From Nitrospinaceae bacterium (GTDB lineage Bacteria > Nitrospinota > Nitrospinia > Nitrospinales > Nitrospinaceae), in NCBI GenBank assembly GCA_965223665.1, contig OZ245011.1, positions 320,001 through 384,000 of the forward strand: a DNA stretch of 64,000 nt, given 5' to 3'. Every line of letters begins with the position of its first letter. Position 1 is the first letter of the stretch. A program made the position numbers and the translations under genes. The notes under the pieces were generated by a model that did not search any database, was not told the DNA's origin, and saw nothing but the letters and a program-made list of their open reading frames with translations. Of the stretch, positions 20,878 through 30,166 are shown one piece after another.

Positions 20878-21663
20878 TTAATTATTTAATGAAACTTCTC
20901 CGCTTCCAAAATGCAAGGTTTCACCGGAATCTGAAATTATAATTAAATTTCCTTGTTCATCAATATTTTGAGCAATCCCTTTTATTTTTTTTTGTCCCTG
21001 GCTTAATATAACCTTTCTACCGAACACATCAGTATTAGCTTTCCATGTTTCCAAAATGGATTTCGCACCTGTCTCCTTAAAGTTTTTGTAATATAGTTCT
21101 ATTTGGCGCAGAAGGGCTTGAATAAAATCGAGCACTTGAACCTGATTCCCATTTTCTATAAGCAGGGATGTGGCAGTTTGGTCAATAGGGGAAGGGAATT
21201 GGGAATGGTTTAAATTTACACCAATTCCAACAATGACTGCTTTTTGGTTGAGTCGGGAAATATTTTCGGTAAGGATTCCGCTTACTTTTTTATTATTAAT
21301 TAAAACATCATTGGGCCACTTAAGAGTTCCGGGTTTATTACTAAATTGATTGATGGTTTTAACTACAGCTACACCGGCCATTAAAGTAAAAATAGGTAGG
21401 TTATTAAAATTAAATGGGTAGTAAAATAAAATGGAACAATATAGTCCTGATTTTTTTTCTGAGTGCCAGGCTCGACCAAACCGTCCTTTTCCTTGAGTTT
21501 GGCTATCTGCCAACACTACAGTCCCATTTGGAGGATCCTCATTAATTAACTTCTTTAGGATTTCATTTGTTGAATCGACCACTTCATAGCAAATAATTTT
21601 AGAGCCAACCAATTGGCCCTTTATGGAATTAGGTACCCTTAATATATTTTTGTAATAAGACAT
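20878..21663 (-). CDS. birA: Biotin-[acetyl-CoA carboxylase] ligase (group I, no HTH)
   Basis: DSTN, QTQGKGRFGRAW, LKWPNDV..KKVSGIL. No N-terminal DNA-binding domain. Confidence 0.93.
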   Translation of the reverse strand: MSYYKNILRVPNSIKGQLVGSKIICYEVVDSTNEILKKLINEDPPNGTVVLADSQTQGKGRFGRAWHSEKKSGLYCSILFYYPFNFNNLPIFTLMAGVAVVKTINQFSNKPGTLKWPNDVLINNKKVSGILTENISRLNQKAVIVGIGVNLNHSQFPSPIDQTATSLLIENGNQVQVLDFIQALLRQIELYYKNFKETGAKSILETWKANTDVFGRKVILSQGQKKIKGIAQNIDEQGNLIIISDSGETLHFGSGEVSLNN

Positions 21664-21740
21664 AAGAGAATTTTCGAAAATTCCGTTATAATCAAAAGAA
21701 AATATTAATTTACTTAAAATATCAGAAAAAAATAATATTT

Positions 21741-22262
21741 ATGGAATCTTACAAGCGCGCCTGCCGTTATTTCTACTATCGATTTATACGCTTGCAAGCC
21801 AGTCCAGAGAATTTGGCTCGGGGGGTGGCATTGGGACTTTTTATAAGTACCACGCCTACCATGGGCTTTCAAACCTTTATTGCCTTGTTTTTTGCTGCTA
21901 TGTTGCGGTGCAGCAAAATGTGTGCAGTTGTGGCCGCCCAGTTTACCAATGCAATAACCGCCCCTTTTATATATGCGGGAACTTACTATTTAGGTGCTAA
22001 AATTTTGGATGAATCCCTTCCTGAAAACCAACTCGATAATTTCTCCCTTCAAACGTTATGGGATATGGGTCCTTCTGTATTTAATTCCCTTTGGGTAGGG
22101 GGGTTAATAATAGGAACCCTATTAGCCATAATAGGATATTTTGTGGTATTGGGAATAGACGTAAAGGCACATAGACAAATTATTCGGGCCAGATATCAGG
22201 CAAAAAGGCAAATGGAGCGTATTAAGCGAAAAAATGCCCCCGCCCTTGAAAAAATTGATTGA
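21741..22262 (+). CDS. DUF2062 membrane protein
   Basis: SPENLARGVALGLFI..TP..G.QT, TNAITAPFIY. Confidence 0.85.
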   Translation: MESYKRACRYFYYRFIRLQASPENLARGVALGLFISTTPTMGFQTFIALFFAAMLRCSKMCAVVAAQFTNAITAPFIYAGTYYLGAKILDESLPENQLDNFSLQTLWDMGPSVFNSLWVGGLIIGTLLAIIGYFVVLGIDVKAHRQIIRARYQAKRQMERIKRKNAPALEKID

Positions 22263-22341
22263 ATTGTTTGAGAAATATTGATAAAAAGCAGATTCCCAAT
22301 TGGGAGGAGCCTAGGTTTGTCGAACAATGAGGAGATTTTTA

Positions 22342-22512
22342 ATGAAAAAGTTGTTGATCTTAATAGCATTAGCAATGTTTGCCTTGAGCAATGTTGGGTG
22401 TGGAGATATTTCAGGAGAATGTGCTCACGGGGTTTGTAAAGAAAGTTACTACAAGGAAAAGGGTTCACCTGATAATCCTAAGCCTGCCGAAGGTGAAGCA
22501 GCCAAAGAATAA
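22342..22512 (+). CDS. Small putative lipoprotein (56 aa)
   Basis: GAGGAG RBS, MKKLLILIALAMFALSNVG-C signal, mature part contains CAHGVC. Confidence 0.7.
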   Translation: MKKLLILIALAMFALSNVGCGDISGECAHGVCKESYYKEKGSPDNPKPAEGEAAKE

Positions 22513-22611
22513 GTATTATTTTTCTCCTTGCCCATTCAGGTAACCTGGTAAAGGGGAAATACATCGGCCGTAAAATTTAATTTTAAAAATGACATTGGGT
22601 AGAGTTCATTG

Positions 22612-22646
22612 AAAAACCTGCACGGGGAAAGTGCGGGTTTTTTTTT
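22612..22646 (+). terminator. Intrinsic terminator, possibly bidirectional
   Basis: aaaaacctgcac-ggggaaa-gtgcgggttttttttt is a GC stem followed by a T-run, with an A-run on the other side. Confidence 0.75.
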
Positions 22647-22765
22647 GAAACTTAGTTGAAGGCGTTTGAATTTTCTAACAACCCAGGCGGCGGCAATGCT
22701 ACAATATGCCAATCTAGGATTTTCCAATTTTTTAAATACAATAAAATTTTTTATTGGAAGGAACT

Positions 22766-23098
22766 ATGTCTAGACCACCAACTACTGTTGAGCATGTAAG
22801 GCAATCCCAAGAACACTTTAAAAGTGGGATGGATTTGCACAAAGAACAAAAGTATAAAGAAGCTATTGAAGAATTTAAGAAAGGAGCTGAAATTAATCCT
22901 TTTGAAGAAAATCATATTAAAGAACTAACTCAAAGGCTTAAAGCAATGTCAGCTAAACTGGTTCAAGAGAGTACGGCATACATGGGATGTGCAGCGGTTC
23001 ATCTAAATGAATTAATTCGTGAGTTAAGTGAAGATGAATGTCAGCAAGTTCCAATTGATGAGTCTTTACAGAAAGCTTTTGACTCTTGGAATGAATAA
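22766..23098 (+). CDS. Small TPR-like hypothetical protein
   Basis: HFKSGMDLHKEQKYKEAIEEFKKGAEINP is a single TPR. GGAAGG RBS before ATG 22766. Extended -10 TGCTACAAT at 22697. Confidence 0.75.
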   Translation: MSRPPTTVEHVRQSQEHFKSGMDLHKEQKYKEAIEEFKKGAEINPFEENHIKELTQRLKAMSAKLVQESTAYMGCAAVHLNELIRELSEDECQQVPIDESLQKAFDSWNE

Positions 23099-23115
23099 AA
23101 AATGGATAGGCAAAA

Positions 23116-24318
23116 ATGGACCAAGAAGTTTTATATAATGTTTTCCGACAGGAAATAAGGGAAAGAAAAATTCCTTTGAGTTTGGGTAAAACCTGCCCAG
23201 TTAAGTGTGCTTTTTGTTATGAAAAGGACCACAGTTATAGGCCAACCATTGATCCACCCCGCACGACAGAAGAACATTGGAAATTTATGTTGAAAGAAAT
23301 TCAAAGCTATCCTACGAAACCGGGAGAAGCTTGGTTGTTGGGTGGAAACGAATACATGGAATGGACAGATATTTTTTTACATCCAAAAGCAATGGATTGG
23401 CTTGAAGAATTTTTAGACACTACAGATAAAATGATAGTGTTCTTTACTGTCGGTTATGTGCAGCCCGAAAGAATAAATTACTTAGTTGAAAAGTATCCGG
23501 GGCGGATAAACTTTGAATTATCTGTCATAACTATGGGTGAGCACAGGAAAAAATTGATGCCACATGCCCCTACTGTGGATCATTTATTTAAAATTCTAGA
23601 TGGTCCTGCAGTAACTTCCGCCAATTTTTATTCTTTTGGTCCAAATACGATGTCAGAAGATGCAAAAACCATTTCAAGAATTAATAAAAATTGTTTATTG
23701 TGGATGGGATGTTTAACTCCTTTAAAGTATATAGATTCGGATACCAGTAGTTTAATGCGGGAAGGAAGAAAGTTTTTGCCCGAAGAGGCCAAGAAAATTT
23801 ATTTTGAAGATTACCCAAATACAAAGATGATCCATACTGAGTCGTATATTTCCGTTTTTCTTGCCCGGCAAAAAATACTAAAAACTTTTGATGCATGTGA
23901 ATTAGAAAAAAAGGATACCGTAGTGGTTTCTGCCAGCCTTTACAAATTACTAACGTTGTTAAGAAAAAATAGAGCAAAGTATCTTTTTGTACCTAATCAC
24001 ACTTTAGGAGGCGATTCTGATTGTGCCACCTTATTAACATTCGATGATGTGACTCGTAGGTTGACACATGAATCTCAAGTGTATCTTCCTCAGGTAATCA
24101 TGGAACATCCTTCTAATGTTGAAAAGGATATCACTGGAACTACATTTGAGGAATTTAAAACTAGATTTCCACGGACAAGATTTCGGGTTTTGAAAAAGGT
24201 TAATTCTAAATTATCTAATAAAAAACTTTATGAAAAAGGCTATCTTAAAAATTACGTGGAAGATTATCTAGGGCACCCTCTAGCAAAAAAAATTGCAGAT
24301 GTTCCCCTCCCTAATTAA
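23116..24318 (+). CDS. Radical SAM protein with a DUF512-like C-terminal domain (no PDZ)
   Basis: C27-x3-C31-x2-C34 (CPVKCAFC). C-terminal VPN.TLGG..DCATLLT.DDV...VYLPQ resembles DUF512. Confidence 0.75.
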   Translation: MDQEVLYNVFRQEIRERKIPLSLGKTCPVKCAFCYEKDHSYRPTIDPPRTTEEHWKFMLKEIQSYPTKPGEAWLLGGNEYMEWTDIFLHPKAMDWLEEFLDTTDKMIVFFTVGYVQPERINYLVEKYPGRINFELSVITMGEHRKKLMPHAPTVDHLFKILDGPAVTSANFYSFGPNTMSEDAKTISRINKNCLLWMGCLTPLKYIDSDTSSLMREGRKFLPEEAKKIYFEDYPNTKMIHTESYISVFLARQKILKTFDACELEKKDTVVVSASLYKLLTLLRKNRAKYLFVPNHTLGGDSDCATLLTFDDVTRRLTHESQVYLPQVIMEHPSNVEKDITGTTFEEFKTRFPRTRFRVLKKVNSKLSNKKLYEKGYLKNYVEDYLGHPLAKKIADVPLPN

Positions 24319-24427
24319 AATAAGCGCAATTTAATTCCGTAAAATTTGTATATAAGTTACCAGATAAAATGAACTGGAGGTCTTGTCATGCTTCCCGATA
24401 AGCCTCGGTATCCAAAGGGGGAGGACA

Positions 24428-24616
24428 ATGAAATATTGGTTAAAAGTTGTATTTATCGATAATAGTGAGTTGAAATTAGATGATACTGAAAAACATTTTA
24501 TTAGTGATGATTTAGAGATTTTAGAAATTACAACTGAAAAGGAAGTATTTATTGTTCCAGTGCGTCAAATAAAATACATTTCTTGTGATTCTAAAATTTT
24601 CAAAGAGGGAACTTAG
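24428..24616 (+). CDS. Small hypothetical protein (62 aa, beta-rich)
   Basis: Strong GGGGAGG RBS before ATG 24428, MKYWLKVVFIDN...VFIVPVRQIKYI. Confidence 0.7.
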   Translation: MKYWLKVVFIDNSELKLDDTEKHFISDDLEILEITTEKEVFIVPVRQIKYISCDSKIFKEGT

Positions 24617-24656
24617 AGTACTCTTAAGAATGTCTAAAAAACTAGTTTGGAATTTT

Positions 24657-25073
24657 TTAGAACTTTATTCGCGCTTTTTTTAACCAAGAATCTTGGTCGA
24701 AATTAGACTGACAAAATTCTTGAAACAATTTTTCATGATCCGTTAAACTTTGACCATCAATTTTTTGTTCGGAATTTTCCATTGGAATATGGCCAAACTC
24801 TAAAACAGTCCTTGGTTTAGGTGGTTCTCCAGCAGGTTCCAATTTGTAAATCGGATCATTTGGAGTTTTGGGGTTAAGGTGTGAGTTTAATTCTTCCAAA
24901 CTTAATAACAGGTTCACCACAGAAGACTTTTTGATTAAATCTTCTTTATCCAGTTGTTTAAGAAGTAATTTAATCTCTCCTGAGGAAGTGATAGCATTCA
25001 TAATTGCCCCGCTAAGCTTCTCAAAAAATTCATCGGCTTTTGCGTTGTCAGGCTCCATAAAAGTACCCTCCAT
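24657..25073 (-). CDS. Hypothetical protein, probably sigma-54 dependent
   Basis: 138-aa ORF ending ...LTDHEKLFQEF...DSWLKKARIKF, with a -24/-12 site upstream. Confidence 0.7.
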   Translation of the reverse strand: MEGTFMEPDNAKADEFFEKLSGAIMNAITSSGEIKLLLKQLDKEDLIKKSSVVNLLLSLEELNSHLNPKTPNDPIYKLEPAGEPPKPRTVLEFGHIPMENSEQKIDGQSLTDHEKLFQEFCQSNFDQDSWLKKARIKF

Positions 25074-25128
25074 TTGTCAACAAATTATGGATTTATATTA
25101 TAACCCCATGTTTTTAGAAATAGAATAG

Positions 25129-25146
25129 AAGCAATTAGTATGCCGC
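25129..25146 (-). promoter_or_regulatory. Sigma-54 (-24/-12) promoter
   Basis: Minus strand reads gcGGCATactaaTTGCtt, i.e. GG-N10-GC with a near-consensus TGGCAC-N5-TTGC, about 55 nt upstream of ORF 25073. Confidence 0.6.
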
Positions 25147-25453
25147 TGGAAGAATCTTGGGGCTTTCAAAAATAAGTCATTATTTTTGAATAAGTTCTTG
25201 GAATTTATGAACATTACTTTTAGCAAAGATTTTTAAATAGGTCAAATATTTAATACCTTTTTTTAGGAAAAAATTTCCCAATCCAATCCCGGGTAATTCC
25301 AAAATTTAAGTAGGGGTAAATTTCTTTAGTAAGAAATATCATTTTTGTACCGAGTGTGTGTCTTGACTATTAGCTCAATAACTTATAATATCGTTTCAAT
25401 AAAAGAAATAAGCTCCTATTTTATATAAAGTTATTCCAATCCTTGAAATTCTA

Positions 25454-26428
25454 ATGCCTTTCCCCATTCATAGACCGAGAAGATTAAGAAAAACCCTGGC
25501 TATAGAAGATATGGTAAGAGAAACCTCTCTATCCGTCCAGAATTTGATTTGTCCGATTTTTGTTTGTGAAGGTAAAGGAAAGAAGGATGAGATTAAATCG
25601 ATGCCAGGGGTGTATCGATTTTCTCTGGATAATTTGGTAGAAGAAGTTAAAGAAATTAAATCGCTAAATATTCCTGCCATAATCCTATTTGGAATTCCTG
25701 ATAGAAAAGATTCTTTGGGCTCGGAGGCTTACAATCCAAATGGCATTGTTCAGAGGGCAATTAAGGAAATAAAGTCTTCTGTACCGGATTTAGTAGTTAT
25801 AACGGATGTTTGTATAGACGAATATACAGATCATGGTCATTGTGGATTAATTGAAGGAAACGAGATTTTAAATGATCCGACATTGGAACTTTTAGCTAAG
25901 ATGGCCAAAACCCATGCAGATTCTGGAGCAGATATTGTTGCCCCCTCAGATATGATGGACGGTAGGGTTAAAGCAATACGAGAGGTGCTGGATTCGAATG
26001 GACATATAAACACCATAATTATGTCTTATGCTGCAAAATATGCCTCAGCCTTTTATGGGCCCTTTAGAGATGCCGCTGATTCAGCACCCCAATTTGGTGA
26101 CCGCTGTTCTTATCAAATGGACCCAGGGAATAGTGATGAAGCACTGCGTGAGGTATCAGAGGATATAAGTGAAGGGGCAGATATTGTGATGGTGAAACCT
26201 GCTTTAGCCTATTTAGATATTATTTATAGGGTTCGTAAGGAGTTTAGAGTCCCAGTTGCTGCATATAATGTTAGCGGTGAGTATTCAATTGTTAAGGCTG
26301 GAGCGGAGAAAAATTGGATAGATGGTGTACGAGTCATGATGGAGATTTTATTAAGTATAAAAAGGGCAGGGGCGCAAATGATATTGACTTATGCTGCAAA
26401 AGAAGCCGCCAAAATTCTTAACGATTAA
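25454..26428 (+). CDS. hemB: Porphobilinogen synthase (Zn-type)
   Basis: [31 protein letters not shown]. Confidence 0.97.
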   Translation: MPFPIHRPRRLRKTLAIEDMVRETSLSVQNLICPIFVCEGKGKKDEIKSMPGVYRFSLDNLVEEVKEIKSLNIPAIILFGIPDRKDSLGSEAYNPNGIVQRAIKEIKSSVPDLVVITDVCIDEYTDHGHCGLIEGNEILNDPTLELLAKMAKTHADSGADIVAPSDMMDGRVKAIREVLDSNGHINTIIMSYAAKYASAFYGPFRDAADSAPQFGDRCSYQMDPGNSDEALREVSEDISEGADIVMVKPALAYLDIIYRVRKEFRVPVAAYNVSGEYSIVKAGAEKNWIDGVRVMMEILLSIKRAGAQMILTYAAKEAAKILND

Positions 26429-26471
26429 ATTCTTAAACAAAATTTTTTAAAAAACAATTTGGGAAGTCTAT

Positions 26472-26501
26472 TTGAAAATCAGAGGATTTCCTCAGTATAA
26501 T
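26472..26501 (+). promoter_or_regulatory. Candidate sigma-70 promoter with an internal palindrome (possible XRE operator)
   Basis: TTGAAA-N18-TATAAT with GAGGA-TT-TCCTC in the spacer. Confidence 0.45.
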
Positions 26502-26536
26502 TATTCCGAGGTTTAGTTTAGAAAGGAGCAGTTCTG

Positions 26537-27187
26537 ATGTCAATTTTGGCGCAAAATATAAAAACGATCCGGAAGGAATTAAAATGTACTCAATCCTCAA
26601 TGTCCGATATTCTAAAGGTCGGGTTTAGGACATATGTCCGATATGAAGCAGGGGAAAGAGATGCTCCGGTTTCAGTCCTTGTGAAGTTAGCGCGCTTAGG
26701 AAACATTTCCTTAGAACAATTACTGACCCAGAAAATAAATAAGGAGAACGTAGTTCCAATTGATGTAGAGACATTGGATATTTCTTCTCCGGAAGTCAAA
26801 TCAGTGAATTTTAAAACAGGAAAAATTCTTTTTAAGAAGCCAAGTAGAGAAGAAATGTTAGCGGCTCATGAATCTGAAAAAGTAGCGCTATCCCTATTTC
26901 GTAAAATGTCCGATAGTGATCAAAAGCGTTTTATTAAGGAAATTGAGAAAAAATATAAATCCGCACGAGTAAATATTAAATCAATTGTTCCGGCTTCAAG
27001 ATTAAAACAAGATAGAAAATTGGTTCCGGATGAGGAACCTAAGGTAACTAAATCTCCTGCTAAACCCAAACTATCAAAAAGAAAAGGTAAACCTGGAAGG
27101 CGAAAATTGGATAGAAAAGCATTGAGAGAAAAAGTGGAGAGTTTGAGAAAAGTTACGCAAACAGTAAAAAAAATTACCGTGAGATGA
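26537..27187 (+). CDS. XRE-family HTH protein with a Lys/Arg-rich C-terminal tail
   Basis: LAQNIKTIRKE...TQ...VRYEAGERD.P...L.KLA...ISLEQLL. Confidence 0.85.
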   Translation: MSILAQNIKTIRKELKCTQSSMSDILKVGFRTYVRYEAGERDAPVSVLVKLARLGNISLEQLLTQKINKENVVPIDVETLDISSPEVKSVNFKTGKILFKKPSREEMLAAHESEKVALSLFRKMSDSDQKRFIKEIEKKYKSARVNIKSIVPASRLKQDRKLVPDEEPKVTKSPAKPKLSKRKGKPGRRKLDRKALREKVESLRKVTQTVKKITVR

Positions 27188-27191
27188 TACT

Positions 27192-28085
27192 TTGAAAAAT
27201 TCTGGTGTTTGGGGAAATATAAATGGAGTTGCTTTTTTCTTTATTTTATTTCTCTTGGTTATTTTGGAATTTGGCACTCAAATGATCGAAAAGGGGGTGG
27301 GCCATTATTTAAAATGGCAAAATCACCTTAGGCCTCAATTAGGGAGAATTTGGGAAAAAGATCGTCAAAATATAATGGCTCAAAAGAAAATTGAATCCAT
27401 TTTAGCGAGTCTAAATATTCAAGAACGATCCGCGGAGTCTATTCAATCCTTTAAAGATCTCTTTGAACAATTAAACCCCTCCTTTCCTCAATTAATTTCA
27501 AGAAAGAAATTTTTGGAACTTTATTATGAATATCCCGGGGCTTGGTCCCATAAAATTGTTTCACCATATGATTTGGTAGAAATTGATTCACATAAAAATT
27601 GGAGAAGAGTTTTATTAACTCGATTCGGACCCTGGATTACCATGAGTTTTATTGACAGTCAAAATTTACCGATTAGGGAGATATTTATTTCTTATGAAAG
27701 TGTAGAACCTATTCAATCTACCCAAACCATTCAAAAAGGGACACTGGAAGAAAATAACTTTAGAAAAGAGTGGATATTTACTCTTCAAAACTATCTACTG
27801 ATGTTGAAAAAGTTGGATCCTGAAACCCGCAGTGAATTGTTACCGGATCCCAAGTGGTTTTTGAGTAAAAGGTACTTTATTTCCAGGGTTGGAATTAAAG
27901 AAGATCGTTCGGAAAATAAGTTCCCTCCTCCTTATGTTTTAGGGGTAGAATATGAAAGTGAGTTTTTTTCAGATGTTCTAATTTTGCCTGTACCTCCTGA
28001 AATGGCCACAAACTTATTATCCCAAATGGAAATGGCCTATTCCCATTCTGAAAATCCTAGTAATTCTCCGTTTCAAGAGTTCTAG
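27192..28085 (+). CDS. Hypothetical protein with an N-terminal TM anchor
   Basis: 297-aa ORF tightly coupled between the XRE gene and the PBP gene. Confidence 0.7.
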   Translation: MKNSGVWGNINGVAFFFILFLLVILEFGTQMIEKGVGHYLKWQNHLRPQLGRIWEKDRQNIMAQKKIESILASLNIQERSAESIQSFKDLFEQLNPSFPQLISRKKFLELYYEYPGAWSHKIVSPYDLVEIDSHKNWRRVLLTRFGPWITMSFIDSQNLPIREIFISYESVEPIQSTQTIQKGTLEENNFRKEWIFTLQNYLLMLKKLDPETRSELLPDPKWFLSKRYFISRVGIKEDRSENKFPPPYVLGVEYESEFFSDVLILPVPPEMATNLLSQMEMAYSHSENPSNSPFQEF

Positions 28086-28102
28086 AAATTTGGAGTTTCA
28101 TC

Positions 28103-30166
28103 TTGTTTCAACGTTTCATTGAAAAAATAGTTTTTACTTTTTTCGCACTATTTTTAATTTTAGCTATAAGTGCTGGGGGGATATATTTTTCGTTGCGAAA
28201 TGATTTACCCCAATTACCAGACAGTTTAGAAAAAATTAATTTGAGTTTGCCTACAGAAATTTACTCTGTGGATGGAGAAGTTTTAAAAGTCTTGGGACAA
28301 AGGCATCCGGTTCCAATTGAACAAATCTCTCCTTTTTTTACTAAAGCTATTATTGCCGTGGAAGATTCTCGGTTTTACTCACACAACGGCTTGGATCACC
28401 TGGGTTTAGCACGTGCGCTTTGGCGAAATTTATTGGCCGGTGGGATTCGTCAGGGAGGAAGCACTATCACTCAGCAATTATCGAAGAATATGTTTTTTTC
28501 TTTTGAAAGAAAATGGGTGAGGAAAATAAAAGAATTATTAGTGGCATTACAATTAGAAGCGACGTTTTCAAAAGAAGAAATACTGGAAGCTTATTGTAAT
28601 CAAGTTTATTTTGGAAGTGGAGCTTATGGGGTGGAAGAGGCCGCGCAAATATATTTTGGGAAACGAGCTAAAGAGTTGACCCTTTTTCAAGCTGCCTTAT
28701 TAGCGGGTTTGCCAAACTCTCCAAACAATTCTAATCCATTTAAAAATATAGACCGAGCTTTAAAAAGAGCACAATATGTATTGTCGCGAATGTATAGAAC
28801 TAAATTTATTACTAAATGGGAAATGGAACATGCTGTTGAGGACGAATTGGATCTCCAGCCCCCACGTAAAGATTCCAACCCCAACCAATATTTTGTTCAG
28901 CATGTAATTGAAAAATTAGAAAAGGATTACGGAAAAGAATTTGTTCACTTTGGTGGCCTACGGGTATTTACTACTTTGGATACAAGATATCAATTTATGG
29001 CGGCCAAGGCGGCAGAAAATCATTTGAAGGTTTTAGATAATCTTTTTCCAAAGGATGAAAATAGTAAAAATCAGAGGCTTCAAACTGCCATTGTTACAAT
29101 TGAAAATAAAACAGGGGCGATTCGGGTAATGTTGGGTGGAAGAAAATATTCTGAAAGCCAGTTCAATCGTGCCACGTCAAATAATCGTATGCCGGGTTCT
29201 TCATTTAAGCCTATAGTTTATCTTTCTGCAATGGAGAACTTGGGGATTTCTCCTGCAACCGTTGTAAAGGATGAGCCTTCTACTTTTAAAATTCCAGGAA
29301 GTCCACCGTGGAAGCCAAAAAATTTCAATGATAAATATTCGGGTGATTTGATCCTAAAAAAAGCATTGATGAAATCTCTCAATGTTGTTTCAGCCAAACT
29401 AGTTTATGAATTAACACCAAGAAGAGTAATAGAAACTGCCCACCAGATGGGAATCGCAAGTCGACTTGGAAATAACTTATCTTTAGCTTTGGGAACTTCA
29501 GGCATCTCACCCTTAGAGTTAGCTACAGCCTATAGCGTAATTGCAAATTTAGGAATTCTAAATGAACCCTATTTTATAAAAAAGATTGAAGACTATAGAG
29601 GAAATACCTTGTTTGAGCATTTCTTTTATGGAGTTCAACGTTTTTCACCTAAGGCAATGTATCCCCTCTTGGATATGATGGTTGGGGTGGTAGAAAATGG
29701 AACCGGGCGAAATGTTCGTAAACTAGGTTTTAAACATCCAGCAGGTGGAAAAACAGGAACATCAAATGACTATAAAGATGCTTGGTTTAATGGTTTTACT
29801 CGGGATCTTTCAACTTCAGTTTGGGTTGGATATGACAATAATTCACCTATGATTGATAAAAGAAATCGAGGCCTAACGGGGGGAGTCGCTGCAGCCCCAA
29901 TTTGGGCTTATTTTATGAAAAGAGTTTTATCCAATCAAACTCCTGTTAATTTTCCAATCCCAGAGGGAATTCGTATGGTTGCGGTAGATTCAAAAAATGG
30001 ATATCTCCCCAGCCCGGATACTAAAGAAAAAATGGAAGTGGCGATTAAAAAAGAAGTCATTATTACCTTACCCCCCTCGGGAAATGATTCAACTTCCTCG
30101 TGGAAGGGAAATGAGCCGCAAATAACAACTGCGCCAATTGAGGAATCCGGTGTACCAGAGCTTTAA
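28103..30166 (+). CDS. Class A penicillin-binding protein (PBP1A family)
   Basis: GT motifs EDSRF..H.G, GGSTITQQL, RKIKE. TP motifs SSFK, SLN, KTGT. Confidence 0.93.
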   Translation: MFQRFIEKIVFTFFALFLILAISAGGIYFSLRNDLPQLPDSLEKINLSLPTEIYSVDGEVLKVLGQRHPVPIEQISPFFTKAIIAVEDSRFYSHNGLDHLGLARALWRNLLAGGIRQGGSTITQQLSKNMFFSFERKWVRKIKELLVALQLEATFSKEEILEAYCNQVYFGSGAYGVEEAAQIYFGKRAKELTLFQAALLAGLPNSPNNSNPFKNIDRALKRAQYVLSRMYRTKFITKWEMEHAVEDELDLQPPRKDSNPNQYFVQHVIEKLEKDYGKEFVHFGGLRVFTTLDTRYQFMAAKAAENHLKVLDNLFPKDENSKNQRLQTAIVTIENKTGAIRVMLGGRKYSESQFNRATSNNRMPGSSFKPIVYLSAMENLGISPATVVKDEPSTFKIPGSPPWKPKNFNDKYSGDLILKKALMKSLNVVSAKLVYELTPRRVIETAHQMGIASRLGNNLSLALGTSGISPLELATAYSVIANLGILNEPYFIKKIEDYRGNTLFEHFFYGVQRFSPKAMYPLLDMMVGVVENGTGRNVRKLGFKHPAGGKTGTSNDYKDAWFNGFTRDLSTSVWVGYDNNSPMIDKRNRGLTGGVAAAPIWAYFMKRVLSNQTPVNFPIPEGIRMVAVDSKNGYLPSPDTKEKMEVAIKKEVIITLPPSGNDSTSSWKGNEPQITTAPIEESGVPEL

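Noticed and set aside
22513-22650. Possible SRP RNA, riboswitch or 6S RNA
   Set aside because: It lacks the SRP GGAA/AGCAG loop and I could not recognise any riboswitch consensus. Kept only as a structured 3' UTR.
22536-22727. 63-aa minus-strand ORF in the lipoprotein-TPR intergenic region
   Set aside because: It spans a terminator hairpin and a promoter, and has no RBS or protein-like features.
25363-25389. TTGACT...TATAAT upstream of hemB
   Set aside because: The spacer is only 15 bp. It may be a promoter but is too weak to list as a feature.
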